From Acetofilamentum sp. (GTDB lineage Bacteria > Bacteroidota > Bacteroidia > Bacteroidales > JAFGUD01): a stretch of 40,985 bases of DNA. The notes under the pieces were generated by a model. That model saw nothing but the letters and a program-made list of their open reading frames with translations, ran no database searches and was not told the origin of the DNA. Made by a program: the position numbers and the translations under genes. Location: assembly GCA_020722645.1 (NCBI GenBank), contig DYKL01000003.1, positions 1-40,985 on the forward strand, given 5' to 3'. Shown one piece after another: positions 34,073-40,985 of the stretch (the stretch's first letter is position 1; each line of letters starts with the position of its first letter).

Positions 34073-36079
34073 TTAATAATCAACTTCAATTATCTTCATT
34101 TCAACACGACGATTTTTTGCTCTGTTTTCATCAGAATCATTGGGGACTAAAGGCTGCGTTTCTCCGTATCCTTGCGATACCATTTTTGATTTGTCAATGT
34201 TTTTGTTAATTAGATATTCAATTACCGAATTCGCTCTTTTTTCAGATAAAAGCAAATTGTATTCTTCAGAGCCTATGTCGTCAGTATGAGCAGAAATTTC
34301 AACTTTTATTTCGGGATTATCATTAAGCAATTTTGCAACAAAATCTAATTCTTTGTATGACTCAACTCTAATTTCTGCAGAATTGGTTTCAAATGTTATG
34401 TTATTAAGTTCAATTCTGACATCTTGTTTAAGAGCTTGTAGTTTTATTTCTTGTTTTTGAGTTTTATCGTCTGTTATTTCAAAAGTTGTATTGTAAAAAG
34501 CATAACCCTGAGGATTAATCGTTACATCGTATTTATCGCCTTTTCTGAAAAATATTACTACATTTCCGCTGGAATCAGTCTGGGCTCTGTATGTAATTTT
34601 ATTAGAAGTACTTAAATTAGTCAAAATTATTTCGCAATCAACTGGTTTTCCACTTTGTAGGTCAGAAATGTTAAAAAGATATTCTGATTTTTGTGAAACA
34701 ATTTCAATATTCTTTTCAAAATTATCAAAAATAACTGCTTCTGTCAAATCAAAATCGAATTCATAAGGTTCTGAAAATTCGTTTTTTAGTGTAAAATTGT
34801 ATTTTTTACCGATATTTAATTCTATTTCATATTTTCCGTTGTTTTTTTCCGTTATTTCAGCATTGATGGTTTTGTTTTCCTGTTCATCAAAAATTGAAAT
34901 GTCAACGTTAAGCGGCTCAAAAATTTCTTTATCATAAACATTCAGATTCAATGTTACGGTGTTAAAAAGATTTACATTTATTGTGTCAATGATTTTTTTA
35001 TAATTGGAATTGTTGTAGTAAACGTATTTATGCGAATAACCGTCGGCTGAAAAATCCAAAATAAACTTTGAATCAGGTTGAGTGAAAATCACAAAATTTC
35101 CTGAAAAAGCATCATTATAGTAAATACCTTCTGTAGCTGTTGAAATTGGGTTAAGAAGTTGGATTTTTGCACTAATGGGATTATTATTTGTGTCGGTTAT
35201 ACAGCCTGATATTATGAAATTTTTTTCGGGTTTAAACTCCATTGGATACTTTGAAATAAAAATTTTCGATTTTTTTGGATTTGGCTTGATTGCAAATATT
35301 ATTTCTGTAGCGTTCATATCTACTGAAGGGTATAAAACGTCATCTTTTGATAACTCTCCTATTTTTTTAGGAATATTCCAAATATCATTGTAATGGTTTT
35401 TGGTATAATATATGGAAAATACTTTTTCGTTGTTTCTTTTTGATGCAAAAATCAATGATTTATTGTCCGACAGTACTCTGGGAGTTCTTTCACAGCCACT
35501 GTTTAAAGGGACAATCAGCGGAGTCGGATTTTCCCATTGTTGCTTAATGTTTTTTTTTGTATAGTAAATTTTGCCGCAATCAGGTTCTTTTTCCTGTTCA
35601 AATCTAATAAAATACAAAATGTTATCGTTTGGTGAAATTGACGGCTCTGCTTCATTTTTCTCTGAATTGATTATCTTTGGCAAAGGCACCGGAACTGACC
35701 AGCCTGTTTGGGTTCTATTGACGAAAAAAATATCTGTATTATTGCCATTCATCGCTTCAAAATAAAGTTTGTTTCCGTCATAATTATATGCAGGCGAATT
35801 TTTATAGACATTTTCTCCGATGAAATTGCTGATTTCTTTTATTTCGACAGGTTGAGACCAATTTGAATTATCTTTTAAACATTCAAAAAAAAGATATTTA
35901 TTTTCTTTTTGAACAACAAAACACAAATATTTACCATCAAAGCTAATTGCAGGAGCTGAAATGTAATCAATATCTTCAAAATTCTGAAAAACTATTTCGT
36001 CTGAGGGTATTTCTGTTTGTGCTGATATTGAAATACCTATAAAAAATAATAGAATAAATATGATTGTTTTTTTATACAT
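34073..36079 (-). CDS. OmpA-family protein with TolB-like (PD40) repeats and carboxypeptidase-regulatory-like domains
   Basis: 668 aa with a signal peptide. PD40-like segments (YNYDGNKLYF, SISPNDNILYF, LSDNKSLIFAS). The C-terminal OmpA-like domain reads NITFETNSAEI...ISAHTDDIGSEEYNLLLSEKRANSV...NRAKNRRVEMKI. Confidence 0.85.
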   Translation of the reverse strand: MYKKTIIFILLFFIGISISAQTEIPSDEIVFQNFEDIDYISAPAISFDGKYLCFVVQKENKYLFFECLKDNSNWSQPVEIKEISNFIGENVYKNSPAYNYDGNKLYFEAMNGNNTDIFFVNRTQTGWSVPVPLPKIINSEKNEAEPSISPNDNILYFIRFEQEKEPDCGKIYYTKKNIKQQWENPTPLIVPLNSGCERTPRVLSDNKSLIFASKRNNEKVFSIYYTKNHYNDIWNIPKKIGELSKDDVLYPSVDMNATEIIFAIKPNPKKSKIFISKYPMEFKPEKNFIISGCITDTNNNPISAKIQLLNPISTATEGIYYNDAFSGNFVIFTQPDSKFILDFSADGYSHKYVYYNNSNYKKIIDTINVNLFNTVTLNLNVYDKEIFEPLNVDISIFDEQENKTINAEITEKNNGKYEIELNIGKKYNFTLKNEFSEPYEFDFDLTEAVIFDNFEKNIEIVSQKSEYLFNISDLQSGKPVDCEIILTNLSTSNKITYRAQTDSSGNVVIFFRKGDKYDVTINPQGYAFYNTTFEITDDKTQKQEIKLQALKQDVRIELNNITFETNSAEIRVESYKELDFVAKLLNDNPEIKVEISAHTDDIGSEEYNLLLSEKRANSVIEYLINKNIDKSKMVSQGYGETQPLVPNDSDENRAKNRRVEMKIIEVDY

Positions 36080-36084
36080 AAAAT

Positions 36085-36570
36085 CTAAAATTCAAATGTT
36101 TTTTTTGTTTCTTTACATGAAAATTCTTCGGCTTTTGGGATTTCGTTATATGTAAAAATCAATAAATTTTTTTGGTCTTTGTATAAATCTGTCAAAATTG
36201 AATTTGTAATAGTAACATAATTAAGTTTTTCCTTGTATTTTATTTTGAAATACAGCCACAAAGTTATATCTTCAATTTTTCTGCCAATAAATAAATAATT
36301 TTTGTTTTTAATTTCCTGATTGTCTATTTCAAGCACCAAATTTTTCACAATATAATCTCTTATGTATTTGTCTGTGTCAGGGTTTTCGTTTTCTTTTCCG
36401 ATGTTGATTTTTTCGTTATAATAATTTTCAAGAATCATTTCAAAATCGTCAATAAAAATACGTATCGAAATATCAAAACATTTTTCTGAATTGTTGTAAT
36501 CAATATTTGTAATAGACAAATGTACCGGATGTAGCAATATACTGAATATCAGAGTTAAAATAGTTGTCAT
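36085..36570 (-). CDS. DUF6702-like small protein
   Basis: 161 aa. HPVHLSITNIDYNNSEKCFDISIRIFIDDFE resembles the DUF6702 N-terminal pattern as I remember it. It is divergently paired with a HupE/UreJ gene, and its start lies 5 nt upstream of the OmpA-family gene. Confidence 0.5.
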   Translation of the reverse strand: MTTILTLIFSILLHPVHLSITNIDYNNSEKCFDISIRIFIDDFEMILENYYNEKINIGKENENPDTDKYIRDYIVKNLVLEIDNQEIKNKNYLFIGRKIEDITLWLYFKIKYKEKLNYVTITNSILTDLYKDQKNLLIFTYNEIPKAEEFSCKETKKTFEF

Positions 36571-36677
36571 TTTTTTTTAAATTTATTTCAAAAATAGTAA
36601 AAATTCTTAAATATTAAAGTTTTTTTTGAAGAACATTTTAATAAGTATTTTATTTGTTTTACAAAAATAGTAAAATT

Positions 36678-37265
36678 ATGTTTGGATTTTATTTCAAATT
36701 AGGAGTTTCTCATATTCTTGATTTGCAAGCTTATGACCACATTTTATTTATAACCGCAATGACTGCTGTATATGTTTTGAAAGAGTGGAAACACGTTATA
36801 ATTCTTGCAACTGCTTTTACAATAGGTCATTCACTTACTCTGGCACTTGCCACTTTGAATTTAATAAATGTAAATGTTCAATTAATTGAAGTTTTAATAG
36901 TTGTTACAATTTTTATTACAGGCTTAGTGAATATATTTAAAATTAAAGATGATTATTCGGCTAAAATACAGGTTTACAAGTATATAACAGCATTATTCTT
37001 TGGCTTAATTCACGGTCTGGGATTTTCTTCATATTTGAAATATTTACTTGGACAGGAGGCTGATATAGTCAAGCCTTTATTTGCTTTTAACATCGGATTA
37101 GAAGTGGGACAAATAGTAATAATTTTCATAAGCTTAATTTTGTCGTTTATTTTGATAAATAAATTAAATGTAAAAAGACGTGAGTGGAATTTGGTAATTT
37201 CAGGAGCGGCTATGGGTATATCTTTAATGTTGTTTATTGAAAGAATGCTGGGATTTGGAAGTTGA
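36678..37265 (+). CDS. HupE/UreJ-family membrane protein
   Basis: HILDLQAYDHILFI and GLIHGLGFS motifs with about 6 TM helices. I prefer the ATG at 36678 (MFGFYFKLG...) to the TTG at 36654 given in the ORF track. Confidence 0.7.
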   Translation: MFGFYFKLGVSHILDLQAYDHILFITAMTAVYVLKEWKHVIILATAFTIGHSLTLALATLNLINVNVQLIEVLIVVTIFITGLVNIFKIKDDYSAKIQVYKYITALFFGLIHGLGFSSYLKYLLGQEADIVKPLFAFNIGLEVGQIVIIFISLILSFILINKLNVKRREWNLVISGAAMGISLMLFIERMLGFGS

Positions 37266-37273
37266 TTTTTTGA

Positions 37274-39292
37274 TTATTCAATGTTTTTATCCGGATTCTC
37301 GAAATGAAATATTTTTTTGTTGATTTTAGATTTGTCGTCGATTTCTCTTATTTGTATAGTAAATATAATATCTTCGTATATTTGTTTGATGGTGAACGGT
37401 ATTTTAATATCAGACTTTTTTGAGATTTTTTTATAATTTGAATATTCTACGATTTGAACCGTAGTAAATTTTCCGTCAATTTTAAAATAGGTTTCGGTTT
37501 TGATTTTTTCTTTGAAGTTTAAATCGTAATAATCAAGATAATAGAAGTTAAAGGGAGTGTTGATTTTTAAAACAAAAATGTTTTTTTTCATTAATGCTGT
37601 ATCGCAAATAATTTCGGGTTCATAATTCAATTTAGTGTAAAATAATTCAGGGAAAATATAAGCTTGATAAATTTTTGTCCAAAATACTTCGCTTGTATAA
37701 AATTCTGCACCTAATGCCGAACTGTCGAGCCATACTTCTTCATTTGCAATCTGTAAATTTTGTAAAAGCGTATCTTCGTCTATAATAAGTTGAGTTTTGT
37801 AATAGTACAAATCCGGATATTTTTTGTATATTATGCCTTCAACATTATAAATGGTATCTGCGTTATAAACAGCATCGAATTTAATTGTAAGGTTTTTTAG
37901 TTTAGTGGCTGCATTGCAGGCATTTAAGTAGTCATTGATGATATAATCACTGTCAAAGTTTTTTCGAATTATTTTATACAAATTTTTGTCTTTATCATAA
38001 AAGTTAACTTTGAATATTTTAGCAATTGAATACAACTGGCATATTAGTTCCTGATAATTTCCTCTTACATATATTGATAAGTTATCCGGCTTAAAAACTT
38101 CTGATGAAATGTTATTTATTTCTGAAGCAGGGATTTTATTAATATTCTGAGCATAAGTTTCAAAATATGATTTAGATAATTCGTATCTGTCTGTAATATA
38201 GGCATATTGAGCGATATTATATGGATTTTGCAAAGTATTAAAAAAACTGTTTACAATATCAGATTTTGCGTTATTAATTTCAGCTTTTGACGTTCCGTAA
38301 ATTACCATATCTCTTATAGATTGAATGCTTTGAAATACTGCCTGCGACAAATCATTTGGTTTAGTATCAAATGCCAGATAAAAATCTGTTATTAAAGGTC
38401 TTGGAGTTATCGAAAATTCAATGTTTTCGGCATAATTATATTTTGGTAATATTTCAGTTATTTTATTTTCAAAAACTTTTGCTGCAATTTCAACTGCCAT
38501 AAAATTTTCTTCATCATAGAAATGTTTTACCGGACGGCTGATTGCAACTTGTGGAGATGTTTTTCTGTCGTTGTAAAAAACTTGAGTTTCTCCGATAAAA
38601 TTGCTTAAAGTGAAAATTTGTTTTGTAACATCGTCAAAAGTCCATAGAGCGAAGTGTCTTGTTGCATATTTTACTATCGTATCGTGTTCAATATTTCCGA
38701 CAGCAATAATGTATGAATGGTTTGCTTTTATTATTTTTTTGTGAATTTCCGATACAATAAATTCATCTATATAACTCATTTCATTTTCATCAGGGAAAAC
38801 AGCCCAGTCGCTAAAATCACCAAATGAATAGTATCTTGATTCGTGCCATAATTCAGTGCGTGAATTTTTTTCATTTTTAATTATACTGATAAGGTAATCT
38901 CTTGATTTTTCTACATTTTCTTTACTTAAATCAGTGTATAGCAAGTTCAATCTCATAAAGTTCATCAATGAATCAATCGCGTCGTTTTCGCAGACTAAAT
39001 TTTTTGAGATTTGAGTTTTGTATGTTTTTTCAAATCCTGTTAAATGGCTTAGTATTTCAATTGCACCGGGATTTTCTCTGTCGCTGTTTGAATGGAAGTC
39101 AATTATAAATTTGAAATTGATGTAATCAAAATCATCTGTTTTAACTGTAATAATAGATAAACCATTTGATAAAACAGTCTTTTTGTAATCAGATAAATCT
39201 TTTAAAACTTCTTGAGAATACGAACTGAAGCAAATTGATAAAAAAAAGATTATTATTATGTTGTTTTTTAACAATAGTTCGGCATATTTCAT
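37274..39292 (-). CDS. Secreted M16 (pitrilysin)-like protein lacking the HxxEH zinc motif
   Basis: 672 aa with a signal-like N-terminus. LSNGLSIITVKTDD...NPGAIEILSHLTGFEKT aligns to the M16 N-terminal region, but the zinc site reads EILSH. No HxxEH occurs anywhere in the protein. Confidence 0.4.
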   Translation of the reverse strand: MKYAELLLKNNIIIIFFLSICFSSYSQEVLKDLSDYKKTVLSNGLSIITVKTDDFDYINFKFIIDFHSNSDRENPGAIEILSHLTGFEKTYKTQISKNLVCENDAIDSLMNFMRLNLLYTDLSKENVEKSRDYLISIIKNEKNSRTELWHESRYYSFGDFSDWAVFPDENEMSYIDEFIVSEIHKKIIKANHSYIIAVGNIEHDTIVKYATRHFALWTFDDVTKQIFTLSNFIGETQVFYNDRKTSPQVAISRPVKHFYDEENFMAVEIAAKVFENKITEILPKYNYAENIEFSITPRPLITDFYLAFDTKPNDLSQAVFQSIQSIRDMVIYGTSKAEINNAKSDIVNSFFNTLQNPYNIAQYAYITDRYELSKSYFETYAQNINKIPASEINNISSEVFKPDNLSIYVRGNYQELICQLYSIAKIFKVNFYDKDKNLYKIIRKNFDSDYIINDYLNACNAATKLKNLTIKFDAVYNADTIYNVEGIIYKKYPDLYYYKTQLIIDEDTLLQNLQIANEEVWLDSSALGAEFYTSEVFWTKIYQAYIFPELFYTKLNYEPEIICDTALMKKNIFVLKINTPFNFYYLDYYDLNFKEKIKTETYFKIDGKFTTVQIVEYSNYKKISKKSDIKIPFTIKQIYEDIIFTIQIREIDDKSKINKKIFHFENPDKNIE

Positions 39293-39423
39293 AGTAATTT
39301 GTTAATATTCAGCGAATTATGTTTATGCGAGTAACAAATTGGTAAATAATTGAAAATCAATAATTTGCTTCCTTCGTTATTACTCAGGATGACGCTAATT
39401 GAAAAATTAACGAATTATTGTTT
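39272..39423. repeat. Dispersed inverted-repeat element, copy B (152 nt)
   Basis: Homologous to 14898-15030. It carries a 25-nt segment (tccttcgttattactcaggatgacg) where copy A has aatttg. The IR is taatttgttaat / attaacgaatta, with one T:G position. Its left end overlaps the first 7 codons of the 672-aa gene. Confidence 0.8.
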
Positions 39424-39428
39424 TAACA

Positions 39429-40502
39429 TTAAATCGTTATATGTTTTTCAAGAAAACTATTTAAGTCTGTGTTCTTTAATTTTTTGATATTTTCTTCAAA
39501 AGTTTTGATGTTTTCAGTGAAAAATTGTATGAAATTTTCTTCGAAAAGTTTATTTTGTTGTATTGAAAAAAATAACTTTTTATTATGCAAGTATTTTGCC
39601 AAATATTCTTGTTCGGTTTGACCGGGAGTCGGCACCAAAATTGCTGTTTTTTGTATTGTTAGTAAGTCCATTATAGTTGAGTAACCTGCACGTGCTATAA
39701 TAATTTTTGTATGTTTAAGCAGCGAATAAAATTCATTTGTCGAAATATGATTTTTTATAGTTATGTTTTTTTCCAAATAAAAGTTTTTTGAAAAAGGTTT
39801 TCCACTCAAAATTAGTGTTTTAAAATTAGTGTTTTTAAGTAATAATTTAATTTTACTTTCGAAAATGCTTCTTTGTGGTTCGGGACCTGAAACGATACAA
39901 ATAATTTCATATTTTTCAACCATTGATATTTCTTTAGCGTCTGAAAACCTTGATAACAGCCCTGATTTATAAACAGGAATTTTCAATTTATACGAATCAG
40001 AGAGTTTACCGCTGAAATTGTCTTCGTTATCCGGTATCCAGCATTCATCAAATTTTTCAATATTAAATCTGTTAATTTTATTAATAATTTTAGTGAAAAT
40101 TTTAAAGTTTTTAGGCATCAATATATTTATCTGATGGCAAATAAATATTGATTTTACCTTTTTTGAAAAAAATCCAAATCTATTATCAGAAATAATAACG
40201 TTGATTTTATATTTATTAATGTATTTTTTTAAGAATAATCTGTTTTTGATGTAAAAAATAAACAATCTGGGGATATAAAATAATATTTTAAAGGGTAGTA
40301 ATGTTTTGTTTTTTGTATATTTTATTTTCAGAAATGGTGCTTTTATTATTTGATAATCATTTAGTTCTTGTTCTAGAAAATAAAAGGAATCTCCATCAGC
40401 GGCTACAAAAACATTATGTTTGGTTTTTAGTCGCAAAATTATCGGAACTATTCTTGTAGCGTGTCCGATACCCCAATTTAAAGGCGAGATTAGGATATTC
40501 AT
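39429..40502 (-). CDS. GT-B glycosyltransferase (MurG/GT28-like; TIGR00661-type)
   Basis: 357 aa. N-terminal LNWGIGHATR. C-terminal ARAGYSTIMDLLTIQKTAILVPTPGQTEQEYLAKYL is typical of the GT28-like C-terminal domain. Confidence 0.65.
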   Translation of the reverse strand: MNILISPLNWGIGHATRIVPIILRLKTKHNVFVAADGDSFYFLEQELNDYQIIKAPFLKIKYTKNKTLLPFKILFYIPRLFIFYIKNRLFLKKYINKYKINVIISDNRFGFFSKKVKSIFICHQINILMPKNFKIFTKIINKINRFNIEKFDECWIPDNEDNFSGKLSDSYKLKIPVYKSGLLSRFSDAKEISMVEKYEIICIVSGPEPQRSIFESKIKLLLKNTNFKTLILSGKPFSKNFYLEKNITIKNHISTNEFYSLLKHTKIIIARAGYSTIMDLLTIQKTAILVPTPGQTEQEYLAKYLHNKKLFFSIQQNKLFEENFIQFFTENIKTFEENIKKLKNTDLNSFLEKHITI

Positions 40503-40513
40503 TAAACAGTTTT

Positions 40514-40929
40514 AATTAGCCAATTTGTCAATTCGATAATTAGCCAATTCGTCAATTCGTTAATTAGCCAATTAGCCAATTCGTCAATTCGTTAATTAGC
40601 CAATTCGTTAATTAGCCAATTTGTCAATTCGTTAATTAGCCAATTTGTCAATTCGATAATTAGCCAATTCGTCAATTCGTTAATTAGCCAATTAGCCAAT
40701 TTGTCAATTCGATAATTAGCCAATTCGTCAATTCGTTAATTAGCCAATTAGCCAATTCGTCAATTCGTTAATTAGCCAATTCGTTAATTAGCCAATTTGT
40801 CAATTCGTTAATTAGCCAATTTGTCAATTCGTTAATTAGCCAATTAGCCAATTCGTCAATTCGTTAATTAGCCAATTCGTTAATTAGCCAATTTGTCAAT
40901 TCGATAATTAGCCAATTAGCCAATTCGTT
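40514..40929. repeat. Phased octamer word array, 52 units of AATTNGNY
   Basis: Hand parse gives AATTAGCC x22, AATTCGTT x13, AATTTGTC x7, AATTCGTC x6 and AATTCGAT x4, all in a single 8-nt register with no indels. Stops occur in all frames. Confidence 0.95.
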
Positions 40930-40985
40930 AATTATCACATTATCACATTATCACATTATCACATTATCACATTATCACATTATCA
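40930..40985. repeat. Octamer tandem repeat (C/A)ATTATCA x7, in phase with the preceding array; truncated by the window end
   Basis: AATTATCA followed by CATTATCA x6, reaching the last base of the window. Confidence 0.95.

Noticed and set aside
677-35765. Short ORFs (61-108 aa) nested antisense or out of frame inside long genes. Examples are 677-904, 1479-1694, 2959-3285, 3749-3943, 6434-6628, 7191-7430, 7607-7894, 12951-13142, 17562-17747, 18224-18746, 20445-20654, 20923-21108, 22078-22341, 23026-23238, 25482-25676, 28525-28821, 29396-29605, 32398-32713, 35175-35393 and 35571-35765.
   Set aside because: All are fully contained in much longer ORFs with recognisable domains. They have low-complexity or AT-biased composition and no independent motif, so I treat them as shadow ORFs.
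36654-36677. TTG start at 36654 for the HupE/UreJ gene, as in the ORF track
   Set aside because: The ATG at 36678 gives the family-typical N-terminus (MFGFYFKLGVSHILD...). The extra 8 codons overlap the repeated 14-mer.
40514-40985. Could the repeat block be a CRISPR array or a coding low-complexity repeat?
   Set aside because: The period is 8 nt with no spacers, so it is not CRISPR-like. Every reading frame on both strands hits stops (TAA/TAG within AATTAG and TTAATT contexts), and the ORF track lists nothing here.
1-40985. Genomic island, prophage or defence-system signatures
   Set aside because: I recognised no integrase, transposase, tRNA attachment site, restriction-modification, Cas, toxin-antitoxin or phage structural motifs. 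Composition looks uniform by eye.

Overview
This is a strongly AT-rich bacterial chromosomal segment. The gene repertoire (Reg_prop/Y_Y_Y sensor, 7TMR-DISM sensors, YfhO, DUF6702-HupE pair, lipobox signal peptides, no obvious Shine-Dalgarno sites) suggests Bacteroidota; this is inference only. I support 25 protein-coding ORFs, counting the two YfhO fragments separately. I found no rRNA, tRNA, CRISPR array, integrase, transposase or phage genes.

The dominant theme is Ser/Thr-phosphatase signalling. Five large sensor proteins end in a SpoIIE/PP2C phosphatase domain:
- three tandem 7TMR-DISM lipoprotein paralogs on the + strand, 5544-13653
- one TM-GAF-PAS-PAS protein
- one beta-propeller/Y_Y_Y protein

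The window also holds a 1375-aa TM-GAF-6xPAS protein with no output domain, and a compact SiaB-like kinase / SiaC-like (DUF1987) pair.

The most interesting candidate system is the tight minus-strand operon PP2C > SiaB-like kinase > DUF1987 phosphoprotein > 1054-aa ABC exporter with a roughly 245-aa N-terminal regulatory extension (16673-23492). It looks like a SiaABC-type partner switch rewired from a diguanylate cyclase to a transporter, and possibly fed by several phosphatases.

Non-coding oddities:
- a perfectly phased 8-nt 'word' array of at least 472 bp that runs off the right end of the window, directly upstream of a glycosyltransferase gene
- a dispersed roughly 130-150 bp inverted-repeat element (two copies) that shares octamer words with that array
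- a three-helix structured RNA candidate at the left edge
- a YfhO gene split by a T12 homopolymer frameshift

Flanking housekeeping or envelope genes are an AlaDH-like protein, Wzx-type flippase, proline dehydrogenase, guanylate kinase, OmpA-family protein, HupE/UreJ, an M16-like protein and a GT-B glycosyltransferase. All family assignments are by-eye motif recognition and need profile searches.
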